Shown here: one piece after another, positions 38,431 to 51,345 of the stretch
Layout of the letters: every line of letters begins with the position of its first letter
Numbering within the stretch: the stretch's first letter is position 1
From: Vicugna vicugna
Lineage: Eukaryota
DNA: 64,000 nucleotides
NCBI GenBank assembly: GCA_013265495.1
Contig: MU058449.1
Coordinates: 668,176 to 732,175, forward strand
Reading direction: 5' to 3'
The notes under the pieces: model-generated
The model's input: only the letters and a program-made list of their open reading frames with translations
Databases searched by the model: none
What the model was told of the DNA's origin: nothing
Translations under genes and position numbers: made by a program

Positions 38431-41256
38431 CAAATCTATGATTCCAGTAGGTCTCATTATACACTATACCTTGTAAATTTTACCAGCATCTTACTAATTT
38501 AGCATATAAGGAAATCATGCTTTTCCATCTCCCTTAAATGTTGACAGGAAATAAGTTTTAAATAGAGCAACAAAAATCAGGATGTAAAAAACATATCAAG
38601 TGTTTGAAATGATAATACCTATGCATTCATATGACTGTATAGAGATAAGGAAAGATGATAGCATATGGCTGTTGAAGAAAAAAAATCACATGAATACTAG
38701 ACATTTTACTAATTCACATGTATATGTAACATGAAAGTTTATTTTTTTAATGTTGTTCTACCAATTTTACTATCTTGGAGAAGCACTGATATGTACCATG
38801 GTGGAACTTTAACAGATTTTGAATTTACAAAAATGGGATTCGAGGCCTAGTTTTTCCACCGCATGAAATATTACAAAGTTTATCTCTCTAGCTTTTACTT
38901 TCTTGGATGAAAAACTTCAATTTTATAAGAAATATGATTTTTACATTAAATGAGATAATTCACTTAAAGCACATAGTATGGGACGCATTGTGGGATTCTA
39001 CAAATGGTATGTCTTAGCTTCCTTTCAAAGTAACTGTAAGTATTATCATCTCCAATTTACCAGTGAGAAAATTTGATCAAAAATATTCTAAGTCCTCTGA
39101 TTTGAAAAATTTTGCATATTAACTTTTGAGTGAGGCCAGAAAACTGAGTGAGATTTTGATTTAATTTCACTTAATATACTTTTCAGTCAAATAATTATGA
39201 AGTCAATGGAACATGAATGACCTTATCATCAATAACTATTCTATAATCACTAAAACATGCACTTGAAATTTTCTGCTTAGGGCTCTTTCTATAACCTCTC
39301 ATGTCAGCGCGATATCATGTACACACGAACACCATGCGGAGAGAAGCAAAGCAGTTCTCTGTTTACTGATTCTTGTAAAAGGGTTTATATAGGACATGCA
39401 CGATGCCTCACATACCATCTAAGTTATAACAATGTTAATAATCTTGATCTATTTAGGTTCCCAGGCTACTGTAGTAAGCATAGGATGTTACATATCAAGG
39501 ACAGATTGTTTTAAAGTTCATCACAAAACTTCATTAAGTAGGCCATCTCTTATCCAGCCAGCTATGTGACATTTCCCACACCTTGTTTATCAGTTCAGCC
39601 CATGGCTTATTCTCTAGAGCCTTCAGGTGGGAGCCTACATTTCACATATTTAAGATACTAAGTAATGTCTACGAGCACATTTCTGTGATGTCTTTTTCAA
39701 CTGCAATTGCATAGAACAATAATGGAGATGATCTAATTCAATCACCTTAACATTAACATTAAATGACAAGACTAAAGACGTGTCTCTTCTGAACCCAAGC
39801 TGAGTATCCTCAGACATAAGGTATGCTGGGATCCCAGTAGCCTATAAGAGGAATAAAAATTGAGACTGAATAGTAATAAAAGCTGGAGATTAAAAAAGAA
39901 ATGTAGACAGCAACACTACATGTATTCACAAGAGGTGTCCCAAACTAAGATTTGGAGCCAGAATGTTTCACAAAGGAAGTAAAATTGTGTAGGTATAACA
40001 CAGCTGCAGGAGTATATTCCTCACAACAAACAGTTGGAGCATTGTGGTTCTGAATGTTCATAAGTGACCAGTGGGATTCCAGCCAATGATTGGGACTATA
40101 AGGAAATCCTCCCGTTTTCAAGAAGCCAAAGAGAAGAAACTTAAGAATAGAGCACCACCAGATTGACTTAGTGAAGATCTTAGCAAGACCTTCTGATGTA
40201 TAAGGGGACTAGATCAAAGAGTTCAGTCAATATGAGAAAGGAGAAAGGAAAGAGAAGAACATGTATCCAGGACCTCTTCTACATAACAATAAGTCTCATT
40301 TCAGTTGCCACCCACCCCCCGCCCCCGGTGGAGATGAAAGCTCAAATGTGTCATTTACTTTGACGAAGACAGGCTCTGTAAGTGTACTGTTCTGAGGCTG
40401 TAGGCAAGTAAAGGGTGGCAATGATTCCAACAACACTAGACTGGAGAGGGAAGGATCTAATATCAGGTCTCTGCATACCCAGTTCACTCTTAGCCCTGAA
40501 ATTTAATTCAGTTGCCTCTGAAAGGACTAATTGCTAAAGGTGAAGTTACAGAATTTTCTTTTAACAGTTATGTAGCTACACAACTACAGTGACAACACAT
40601 ATGAAAAGAAAAAGAAAATCAAGAGCAGAAATGTAACCACAGATTAGAAACAACCTTAGCAAGACGGGTAAGATCAATTGGCCAAGAAATAATGAATAGG
40701 ATATTTTGATGTGGGTAAAATTATTTCCTTAAATAAAATTACTTCCTAAAAAGACTATATATTTTTTAAATGTATGATAAAGTTCCATGATAATGTGCTA
40801 GTATTAACACAGATATTCTAACACATGTATTTTTTTATTAAATAATAAATCTTATTTTTCAAAACTAATATTATTTTTGAGATCTCCATTAAATTCTTTG
40901 TATTTTTGAATTATATTGATCCAATTCTCCCTCTGTGTTTGGAGCACAAAAATGGGGGACAATGCTTAGGATCAAAGTGGAAAATGACAAAAAGTACCCC
41001 TGAGATTGAAAAGAAAAAAAAAAGCTCTATTCTCTATTGTGAATCAGGAAACAAGAATTATGGAGGGGAAGTTTAATACAGCAAAAAGAAAATAAAAACT
41101 AAGGAGCAAGAAAGAGAGGTTAGCATCCTAGGAATAAACTCCAATTTGATTTATCAAATGGCAGTTAATAAAAATCACAATGAAATTGCTGAATGATGTT
41201 TTCATTTCTCATTCTAGGATATTTGATTTCAGCACCATTATTCTTCCATAGCCATC

Positions 41257-42204
41257 ATGTCACTTTATCCTAACATCACTTCCTCTTTTCTGATCTTTTT
41301 CCTGATGGAGTTCCAGGACTAGAAGCTGCCCATGCCTGGATCTCCATCCCCTTCTGCTGTCTCTACATAATTGCCCTCTTGGGAATGGCATAATCCTATT
41401 GGTCATCATCATTGAGGCATGTCTTCATGAACCTATGTACTATTTTCTCTCTATGCGCTCAACCACTGATGCGGGATTGTGTATTTCAACGCTAGTCACT
41501 ATGCTGGGCATATTCTGGTTCCATGCAAGATAGATCAGTTTCAATGCCTGTGTTGCCCAGACATTCTTCATTCAACTTTTTACTGTCATGGAGTCTTCAG
41601 TGCTCCTGGCGATGGCCTTTGACCACTTCTTTGCTATTTGTAATCCACTGAGATATACAAACATTTTGACTGATTTCAGAATCATCAAGGTGTGGTTTGC
41701 CATCCTTGTCAGAGGGGCAGTGATCCTAATGCCTCTGGCTCTGCTTCTTAAATGTCTGTCCTTCTGCAAAAGCTGTGTGCTCCATCAGTCTTACTGTTTC
41801 CGTCCTTATATAATCCAGCTCTCATGCTCTGACAATAAGATCAACAATGTTTTAGGACTTACTGCCCTCATAGTTACCGCAGGAGTGGACTCCATCTTTA
41901 TCCTTCTCTCCTATATCCTGATTATTAAGATCGTCCTGAGCACCGCTTCCCCAGAGGAGCAGCATAAGGCCTTTAGCACTTGTGTCTCCCACATACGTGC
42001 TGTTCACATCTTCTACATCCCTTTCATCAGCTTGTGCTTTGTCCACAGGTGTGTGAAAAAGGCACCCCCTTATGTGTACACTCTCATGGCCAATGTGTAC
42101 TTGCTTATTCCGCCAGTGATGAATCCATTATCTATAGTGTAAAAACTGAGCAGATCTGTAGGACCATTAAAAAAGTCTTCTTCCCCAAGGGATCTGAAGT
42201 CTGA
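41257..42204 (+). pseudogene. OR51F-subfamily pseudogene (positionally may correspond to human OR51F3P)
   Basis: Starts MSLYPNITSS; 1-nt deletions near 41308, 41384 and 42126; in-frame TAG at 41531-41533; altered motifs (MAFDHF, SYCFRPY, HRCV); reconstructed frame ends at TGA 42204. Confidence 0.93.
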
Positions 42205-42354
42205 CTCTAACAACTCTGCAATAAAAGCTACTCCTTAGTTATCACTTCTAAGACCTGATGTTTAATCAATATGATCTCTTCTATCCATGACTGGAAATCA
42301 AAAAACACAGAAAGTTGGGTGGGGTGGGTGGGGGATGTGGTTTGGTGGAAATTT

Positions 42355-42782
42355 ATATTTTTAATTTTTAGATTTTTTATATTTATTACTGAAGTATAGT
42401 TGATGTACAATATTATATAAATTATAGGTGTGCAATAGAGCGATTCAGTTTTTAAAGGTTATACTCCATTTATAGTTATTATAAAATATTGGTTATATTC
42501 CCCATGTTGTACAATATACCTTGTAGCTCATTTTATACATAATAGTTTGTACCTCTTAATCCCCTACCCCTATTTTGTCCCTTACTCCTTCCCTCTCCAC
42601 ACTAGTAATCACTAGTTTGTTCTCTGTATCCCTTAGTTTGATTCTTTTTTTGTTGTATACACTAGCTTGTTGTATTTTTTAAATTCTACATATAAGTGTT
42701 ATCATACAGTATTTGTCTTACTTGATCTGACTTATTTTACTTAGCATAATATCCTCCAAGTCCATCCATGTTGTTGCAAATG
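42355..42782 (-). mobile_element. L1 3' end
   Basis: actgaagtatagttgatgtacaatattatata...ggttatactccatttatagttattataaaatattgg...cttagcataatatcctccaagtccatccatgttgttgcaaat. Confidence 0.8.
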
Positions 42783-43935
42783 ATCTGCTTTTTTTGTATA
42801 GAATATCCTGAGAAATCTATTTTAAAAATTCTTAAAACTAATAAATGACTTCAGCAAAGTTGCAGAAAACAAGATCAATGTATTAAAAAATTATTGTATT
42901 TTTATACACTAAAAAAGAAAAATCCAAATCTAAAATTAAGAAAATAATCATTTACAATAGCAACAAAAATAATAAAAATACTTGGAAATAAATTTAGCCA
43001 AGGAGATACAAAACTTACACAATGAGAACATTGTACACAAAAACACTGCTCAAAAAAATTAAAGAAATCATAAAGAAATAAAAAGATATGCCATGTCTAT
43101 GGATTTTAAGACTTAATGTGGTTAATATGGCTATACTTCCCAAATTGATTCTTAGGTACAGTGAAATCTCTATCGAAATTCAAGTTTGTTTCTTTACCTA
43201 AATTGACAGACTGCTCTCAAAATATGTATGGAATTTTAAGTCACCGAGAATAGCAAAAGTCATCTTGAAAAGGCAGCAAAGTTGAAGGGTTCACACTTAG
43301 TAATTTCAAAATGTACTACACAGCTCCAGTAATCCAGATAGTGTAATACTGGCATAGAACAGACATGTAGTTCAATGAAATAAAATTGAGAGTACAAAAA
43401 TGTCACATTTCTTGTCAATTGATTTTTGACACAACGTATCAAGAAAGTTCAATGAGGAAAAATTGTTTTCAACAAATGGTGCTGCCACCCAAATGTCCAT
43501 CAACTAAAAAATGCCTATCTATAGCTTGATATATTCATACAGTAGATTATTACTTGCCAATGAAGAAGAGTGAAGTATTTACACTTAACCACAAATGGAT
43601 GAACCTTGAAAATATTATGCTAATTTTAAAAAGCCAGTAACAAAAGACTACATACTATATTAATTCATTTATATGAAACGTTCAGTATAGGCAAATCTAC
43701 AGATACACAGAGTAGATTAGTGGTTGCCTAGGGTTGTGGGGGATGGAAGGTATTGAGATATAACTGCTCATGGGTAGGGTTTCCATTGTGGATTATAAAA
43801 TGATCTAAAATTTACTGTGGTGATAGTTTCACAAATCTGTGAATATACTAAAAGCCATTGAACTTTTACATATTAAATAGATAAGTTGTATTGTATGTGA
43901 ATTGTGTCACAATAAAACAGTTATGTTTTTCAAAA
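42783..43935 (+). mobile_element. Older L1 (ORF2 RT-to-C-terminal remnant with internal deletion, plus 3'UTR)
   Basis: aaactaataaatgacttcagcaaagttgcagaaaacaagatcaat...ttcaacaaatggtgctg joined to cacccaaatgtccatcaact...gattagtggttgcctaggg. Confidence 0.75.
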
Positions 43936-45404
43936 AAAGAAGATTGGAGATTGTATAAGAGAGGTAGAGAAAGTGCACATGTCCAAACTGCTCTCACTCT
44001 AGAAAAAGAAGAAAATGTGCTCGAAATAAAGATTAAATTAATAGTAACACCAGACTATAAATACAAGCATAATCAGTGATCTGTAAATTTGGCCAATCCA
44101 TGAAAGATAGAACAAAAATAAAATAACACTGATAGATGAAACTGTAGCCCAAAATATGCACAAGAGAATACTGAAGGGGAAGTGGGAGTTACTCTAAGGG
44201 ATAGTCTGAGTTCTGGGCTATTGGATTGGAGAACTCCATTAAAATATTCAGTCATTTCACTTCTGTCCCTCTAACCCTAACCTGGCTCTCTTTGTGTCAT
44301 ATTCTAGTCCACAGAGAAATTAGCTTAAAGGTAGAAAAAGTGAATGCAAATAGTTCTGCCAACTGAGGCAGGTCTGCACCTTAACTCATTGGCAATATCC
44401 AGGGGGAACAGAGAGCCCCTATGCGCAGACGAAGAGCTAATAGTATATTTTCCTTCCCCACGACAGGATGTCCCCTTCCTCACAATACTGAGGGCAGTAA
44501 GTCTGTAGAAAATAGAAGCAATATCCGTGAAAATATGAACAGAAAATCTTAAATATACAGAAGATTGCAGTGTAGAATTCCTAGATACATCATTTCAGAG
44601 GGGCTATGAATTAACAGGAAATAGCAACATGTATACACACACACCCACACCCACACCTACACTTTAACATTAGAATTAAGTAATAGAATATTAAATCCAG
44701 GATATTTTTGGAGTATCCGAGTTATACATGTGGCATATCTAAGCGTACCTTCACTTATGCACTAGAAACCTAAATGTGGGGGAGAGGTAGGGGAGAGCAG
44801 AGCTGCTGAAAACTGTCTTCATGCGTTGGGACATGATTAGACCAGAGCCTGATTTCTTAACCAGCCATAGTCCTTAGGTTGCAAATACTTAGAGCTTCCA
44901 CCTTCATTCAGAAAGAACGTACCCAAATAAACTAACTGTTTCACAGAAATATGTACAAATGTCTGAGGTATTCAAGGAAAGTTCAGTGTCAGACAGCTAG
45001 GGCATACCAAATAATGTGTGCAGAGACATGGGGAGAGAAGCAGTCAGTGTGTAGGCCTCTAGAACCCGAAGGGGCCCACTAAGCATTGTGCATCCTTGGG
45101 CTGGAAAGCAAGACACAATATTTGCCCTTTACTGTTCAGGAGATGTCCTGGCATAGCTCAGACACTGAGCCACTAAAAGTTTTACTGATGTGGCAGGCCT
45201 CTGTTTTTGCAGGCTTGCCAGCCAGCCTCTGGACTGTGTGTGTTGCTAGCTACTCCTTGTCCACGCTGCATGATTAGCATGATTTTATCATTTCATCATA
45301 GAGTGGTCCAGTGTGATGCTCTGTGGATACCCTGCTGTTCCAGGTCTCTTAATACTATATTATTTCCGAGTTCCGGAAAGACAGCATAGCCCTGGGTCAA
45401 GACT

Positions 45405-46245
45405 GAACGCAAGCAGGAGGGTGGAATAAGAGTTTTCTACCATACTCCCTCCAAAACCCACTGATTTTGATAAATACCTACAGACAAAAGTATCTTTGTG
45501 GGAGTCTGGGAGTTCAGTGGAGAAGTTCCAGAGGAAAAAACCAAGAATAGAGGCATTGAAGAAGAGAACAGTTTCATTTTACCTGCATCACACTACCCCA
45601 AGGAAGCAGAACTCAGTGCCAAGAGAGATCCCCTCTTCCACAGGGGAAAGTAAGAGAGTAGCAGGGGGAGAACCTGGATCCCCTGCCTATGCAAGGTGCT
45701 TCCAAAGAGACCCATGTGTTTCCCACCCCACCCAAGATACTGAGGTGACCTGCGTGACTGAGGGACAGGGAGAGCTGGGAGCACAGCACCCAGGGATTGG
45801 AACTCACAGAAGTGATGCAGATCCTATTAACCAATTTGCAGACTCCACTAGGAAGCCTGGGGATGCCTCACTTCAGACCCCCTGTCTGATCAATGGGCTC
45901 TGTCCATTGCTCCATGTGCCTTACCATACATCCTCCTTAGCTAGCTCCCTGTGTGCGACCCCACGGGTGGAGAGTGCAAGCTTTTATAGATGACCAGTGA
46001 GCACACACAGAAAGCTGGCTGGACTCTGCAGGACTGGGAGAAGGCACACAGAGTCGAACTATCCGCACTACCCTAGGGAGAGCAAATGGGAGGCCAGCAG
46101 CACTCAGCCCGGCTCTGCAGGGTCAAGAGAAGGTGTACAGCCTTAAGAATCATCCCCCCCATCCCCAAGAAACAAACTTTGTGAGCAGTCACACCCACAC
46201 AAAAAGTCTGAGAAATCCTTAGAATCCCTAGCAGGGCTGACAGGT
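45405..46245 (+). mobile_element. L1 5'UTR fragment (L1M2/L1M3-type)
   Basis: agaacagtttcattttacctgcatcacactaccccaaggaagcagaactcagtgccaagagagatcccc...aaagtctgagaaatccttagaatccctagcagggctgacaggt. Confidence 0.6.
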
Positions 46246-46259
46246 AATTTTTTTAAGAC

Positions 46260-46415
46260 TTGTTTTATATAAACAAGCGAACATATGACTTATCCTGGAG
46301 AATGTTCCTCCTGTGCTTGAGAAGAGTATGTATTCTGCCTCTGCTGAATAGAATGTTCTGTATATATCAGGTCCATTTAGTCTAAAGAATACTTCAAATT
46401 TAATGTTTCCTGGAA
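46260..46415 (-). mobile_element. L1 ORF2 endonuclease-region fragment
   Basis: atcctggagaatgttcc...tgtgcttgagaagagtatgtattctgc...gaatgttctgtatatatc is the classic antisense EN segment. Confidence 0.7.
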
Positions 46416-46619
46416 ATTTTTAATTAGCAGCATTCCAGAAGGCTGTGTGTAGAAATGCTTGGTGAACTGTGGAAACACTTGTCTATCTGTAGTTAATAGA
46501 TACTGTTGTTATTACAGTTCAGATGAGAATAATTAAGAAAAAGCTTGTGATGGCCACATCAAGCTTAACTGTGTGGCGTGCACATGGCCCCCCTGTGCGG
46601 GCTGTGAAGGTGCTGTACC

Positions 46620-47340
46620 TCTGTTCTGAGACCGCCATTCTTTATGCTCTGCTGCTGCTAAGAAGGTAGGTTATCATTGACCACACTCACTGTCTGCCAG
46701 CCGGGCTCCCTGCTGTATTCTGTTGATTGGAGGATGCTGGAAGGAGGCGGGAATCCACTGGAAGGACAAATACCTCCTTAGGTTTGCTTGCTGTTCCTCG
46801 CAGTGCCATGACAACAATAAGTCTTTGCAGACTGGCATGGGGGTCCAGTTTCTAGTCTTAATCTTTCCCACACTTCCAGCACCGATCTTATCATGCTCCC
46901 TTGGAAGAAACAGACCCTGACACCAGTGGGCCCCTTTGCAGGAGTCTGACTCCCAGTACTACTCCTGAGGCATAAGTTCCATTTCAAAAGTGCCCTCGCC
47001 ACAGAGGTTTGGGTCTTGGCTCCCTGTGGTCTGTCCTGTGAACTACTGAGATACTGCACCCAGCAGGGCAGTACCTTCTCATCACAGGTCTGAGTGTCAA
47101 CTCTGGGGAGCCCCTCCGCCAAGCTTCTAGGTTTTCATAACCTCAGATTCATCTCTTCGTTTTCATAGACTTAAAGATGGAAGTGACATCCTGCAGTTAC
47201 TATCTCGGTATTATGTCTGTGTTCCCTCTGTGCCCTTTCAGTTCTCTAATACCTATTTATCCACTTCCTTGGATTAAATATTCCCAGTGTTAACCACAGG
47301 TATATGTTCTGTTTTCCTGTCTGGAGCATGACTAATCGTA
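46620..47340 (+). mobile_element. Old ERVL-type LTR (LTR33/LTR50-like)
   Basis: 3' terminus attaaatattcccagtgtt...ttctgttttcctgtctggagcatgactaatcg resembles ERVL LTR ends. Confidence 0.45.
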
Positions 47341-48154
47341 CCCACTTCAGCTCTCCTTGAGGGGAGGGTCCAATATAGCAACATAAATCCAATCAAATTA
47401 AACTATGTCTGCATTTGGTTCCTGATGAACTTGGGACTTCAAAGAAATTTACTTTATTTCTAGATGATACTCGCTAAAACTAAGAACAGATTTATTAAGC
47501 ATTAAGCATGATGACAGTACTTCTGAAGAAACTATACAAATTGGAGTTGAATTAAGCAGAGTTATTTTCTCAGAATGATTGTGCTATAAATCTTTCCTGA
47601 AGAGTTGGGGAAAAGTAAAAATATTTGACAAGAGAGTTTAGATTATGGACAAAGCAGTAAAACATATATTGATGATGATACTGGCTATTTTATTAAAGGT
47701 CAGAGATGCCAGAGGAAAAAAAGAAAAGTAAAAATATCTGGAACAATTGCATAACCATGGACAATGCCAGTCATACTTGCAGATTTAGATGATAAAATTT
47801 GGTAGTTTATGATTAATACCCTTTTTATTCCCATCTTTGTCTTATAAAAACAAAAATAAAAACACAGTAATTCTTCATTTGAAACCAAAACTGGGTCATC
47901 GGTTATCTTTGTCATTATAAATCTTTCATCTTGAATTAAGAAATATTAAATAATTGTGGTTTTCTGAGGAAAACAGTAATAGACAATTTCCAGCCTAAAT
48001 TTATCTCTTTTGGCCCAGAGTCTTCTTACTTAAAACGAAAGTGATATTTTGGTATGCTTTTATTTCAAGCATGAGTCTCAACATTTTGGCTTCTATAAAT
48101 GACATTTTGCTCATCTATACAATGCTCAGGACTAGAAAAAATTGAAAAACCCAT

Positions 48155-49105
48155 CTAGTTCTTTGTTGCACTGGGATGGAGAATTTTTACCACAGCTTTG
48201 CGTATCTGTTTGGTCTTCACACTGTAGATGATGGGGTTCATTACAGGGGGCATCAGCAGGTAGGCATTTGCAATCAGAGTGTGTACATAAGGTGGGGCCC
48301 ATTTCCCAAACCTGTGAACAAAGGACAGACTGATCAATGGAATATAGAAAACCGCAACAGCCCCAATATGGGAGATGCACGTGCTGAAGGCCTTCTTCCT
48401 CTCTTTTGGGGATGCGATGCTAAGGACAGTCTTGATAATCAAAAGATAAGAAACAATAATGAAGATTGAGTCCACCCCAGCAGTGGTGATCAGGGCTGTC
48501 AGTCCAACTGCACTATTGATCCTGGTGTCTGTGCATGAGAGCTTCATCACATCGGGGTGGAAGCAGTAGGAGTGGTGGAGCACGTGGCTGCGGCAGAAGG
48601 ACAGTTGTTTAAGAAGCACCACCACAGGAGTCAGTATTAGTGTCCCCCTGGTGATGATGGCTACTGCAATCTGTGCTATTTTAAGATCAGTTAAGATAGA
48701 GGCATATCTAAGAGGATCAGAAATGGCAACAAATCGATCAAAGGCCATGGCCAGCAGCACTGAAGATTCCATGACAGTGAAGAGTTGAATAAAAAACATC
48801 TGTGACAAGCAGGCATTAAAGCTGATCTCCCTGGCATTGAACCAGAATATCCCCAACATGGTGACCAGAGTGGATACGGACAAGCCAAGGTCAGTGGTAG
48901 ACAGCATGAAGAGGAAATAATACATGGGTTCATGAAGGCTGGGCTGGGTGAGAGTGGCATAGAGAATCAGGCTGTTTCCTGAGAGAGCGATTACATAGAG
49001 AAAGCAGAAGGGAGCAGAGATCCAGGTGTGGAAGGCTTCCAGCCCAGGAACACCAGTCAGCAGGAAAATAATGGACGAGGATGTGGTATTTTTGAAAGCT
49101 GACAT
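48155..49105 (-). CDS. OR51F23: Intact OR51F-subfamily olfactory receptor, 316 aa (mouse Or51f23/Olfr564-like)
   Basis: MSAFKNTTSSSIIFLLTGVPGLEAFHTWIS, LHEPMY, MAFDRFVAISDPLRY, HSYCFHPDVMKLSCTD, KAFSTCISH, HRFG, PPVMNPIIYSVKTKQIR. The symbol is from recalled mouse similarity and is less certain than the OR call. Confidence 0.88.
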   Translation of the reverse strand: MSAFKNTTSSSIIFLLTGVPGLEAFHTWISAPFCFLYVIALSGNSLILYATLTQPSLHEPMYYFLFMLSTTDLGLSVSTLVTMLGIFWFNAREISFNACLSQMFFIQLFTVMESSVLLAMAFDRFVAISDPLRYASILTDLKIAQIAVAIITRGTLILTPVVVLLKQLSFCRSHVLHHSYCFHPDVMKLSCTDTRINSAVGLTALITTAGVDSIFIIVSYLLIIKTVLSIASPKERKKAFSTCISHIGAVAVFYIPLISLSFVHRFGKWAPPYVHTLIANAYLLMPPVMNPIIYSVKTKQIRKAVVKILHPSATKN

Positions 49106-50859
49106 AATTGAAGAATCTTAATCTGAGTGTTCTGCAGTTATAAACTGTATTTATTATGCAATCAACATGAAATTAATTATTTCAACAAGTAAACATTTAT
49201 CAAAGAAAAAATCTGTATTATATAAAGAGCTCATGAAGATCAATTAAAAAAAGAAAACTAAGATCACATCTAATAAAGGAGCAAAACACAGAAAATGAAC
49301 AATTATGGGAGGATACAGAATTTGTATGCAAACAAGTTTCATAACAACCCATTTTATTTAAATTCACATGTCTGTTGAGTGAGATTGTACCCATCAACTT
49401 CCTGACTTCATGTGGTAGAAAATGATTAAATATTTGTTGAAATCTGTCTATAGAGATGAATGAAATTTTAGATGAATAGCAAACAGTATATGCAATGAAT
49501 CTGATATAGTAAATAAAGGAAGTTAGCGTCTGTTGGCCCCCAAAAGAAATCCTCTCTTCATCTCCTGGATACTCTTTCAATCAGGTTGAATATCTCCAAT
49601 CTGAATAAATAACTAACATTTGTTTAGCCCCTACTAGTGGTTGTGATAATATCTTGTATAAAAATACAGTCTATTTGCAACATCATAACTTGAAATGTAC
49701 CTAATTAATTTTCATACCACAGAAAGAATATAAGCAATCAAGACAATTATTCCGATTACAAATAGACTGATTAGAGTATAGAGGGCCTCTAAAGTAAATA
49801 TTATGGGACTGTTTTGATGTTAACTTTTTGGCATATTAAATCAAGTTTTAGGATTGCATATTCTAAACTTTGCTGTATTCAAACATGGATGAAAGTATTT
49901 ATTGGCTGAGTTACTCACATGATAATAAACTGCGTGTGCCTGAATTTCTCCATCTCTAAACTAATAATGATATATATTACCCAGGGGATGATTGTGAGGA
50001 CTAAGTTAGTTAATGTATGTGAAAAGCTCAGGAGGGTACTTAACAATGATGCAAAAGTTCACCAAATACTAGCTATTATCACTTAAAAATTAAAGTTAAA
50101 ATGTAATATGGTCATTTCCCTCCCTTCACCACTTCTATTTGCATACCCCTCCCCACTTATCCATGTATCTTATTATCTGATAGCTGAGAGAAGAGGTGAA
50201 AATATTATGTCTCACTTATATATTAGAAAGTTGTGGTGGGGAGGGGTCAAAAATAAAAAAAGGCTTCCTTGAGAACAGGAAGATTACTTGTGCAGAAGTT
50301 GATAGGTAAAAATCACCAGGAAAAAATTCTAAGCACATCCGAATTTCACATATTTTCAAAATGCCACTACACTGTGAGATAATAAAGTGTTAAAAGGTGG
50401 TGTATAAAGGTAACAGGAATCCAGTATGGAATTATCACCATTTAAAGCGTAAGGAATGTGGACTTTTTCTAAATACTAGTTAAATAATGAATATGTAAAT
50501 CTTTTTGTACTTTGATATAATCCCAACAATTTTCCTTCTTTTTTTTTTTTGAATTTGTATTCCCTTTATTTGCAGCACTATCACAGTCTGTAAATATTCC
50601 AACTTCTTCCTCAACCTAAACAGTTTGTTAAAGAAAGAGGAAAAGGAGGAAGAGAATGAGGGATTGAAAGAGGGAGCGAGAGAGGAAGGGAAGAAAATGA
50701 AAGAGGTAGGGAGGGGAAAGAAACCCTTTCTTATTAACCCTGACTTCCTGTTGCATGTTTCTCCTTCCTCACTTCTCTCTTTAAGGGTTTATACCTCTTT
50801 AATGAGTCATACCTAGAGTGGAAATCTGACTTCTTTTTTACTGAAACATACTTATGAGG

Positions 50860-51345
50860 TTTCAGCTAAGCCTATGTTCTCATCTGGAGCTCAGAGTCCT
50901 CTTCCAGACTCATTCAGGTTGTTGGCAGAAGTGAGTTCCTTGTGGTGTAGGATTCAGGTCTCCATTTTCTTGCTGGCTGGGAACTGGGGATTGGTCCTAG
51001 CTCCCAGAGACTACGCTCAGTCTCAGCCATGTGGACCTCTCACAATATCACATCTTGCCTTTTCTAATCTAACTGCTCTCTCCACTGCTTTTTCTCTCTT
51101 TTAAAGGCATACATGATTAGATTAGGCCCACCCAGTATAATCTCATTTTTTGTTAACTCAAAGTCAAGTAGTCATGGACCTTACTAACACCTGTGAACTC
51201 CCTTTGCCCTAAATGTAATGTAATAAGAGAAGCAATATCCCATTACATTCATAGGTCCACTCAGACTCAAAAGATGGGTTTTATACTAGACAAATCCATA
51301 AGAGGCAGGAATCTTGAGGCTTCTTTTAAAATTCTGCCTACCATA
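50860..51345 (-). mobile_element. MaLR (MLT1-type) LTR, partial
   Basis: ctcattcaggttgttggcagaa...catgattagattaggcccacccagtataatctc...ggcaggaatcttgaggc...aaaattctgcctaccata. Confidence 0.7.

Noticed and set aside
41588..42142. 184-aa ORF as a truncated functional OR
   Set aside because: It lacks TM1-2, has a frameshifted end and is part of the pseudogene.
42355..43935. Twin-primed (5'-inverted) single L1
   Set aside because: Both halves have their own, different 3'UTRs, so two independent insertions fit better.
45496..45993. 165-aa ORF
   Set aside because: It lies in a GC-richer L1 5'UTR remnant, starts at GTG and shows no recognisable homology.
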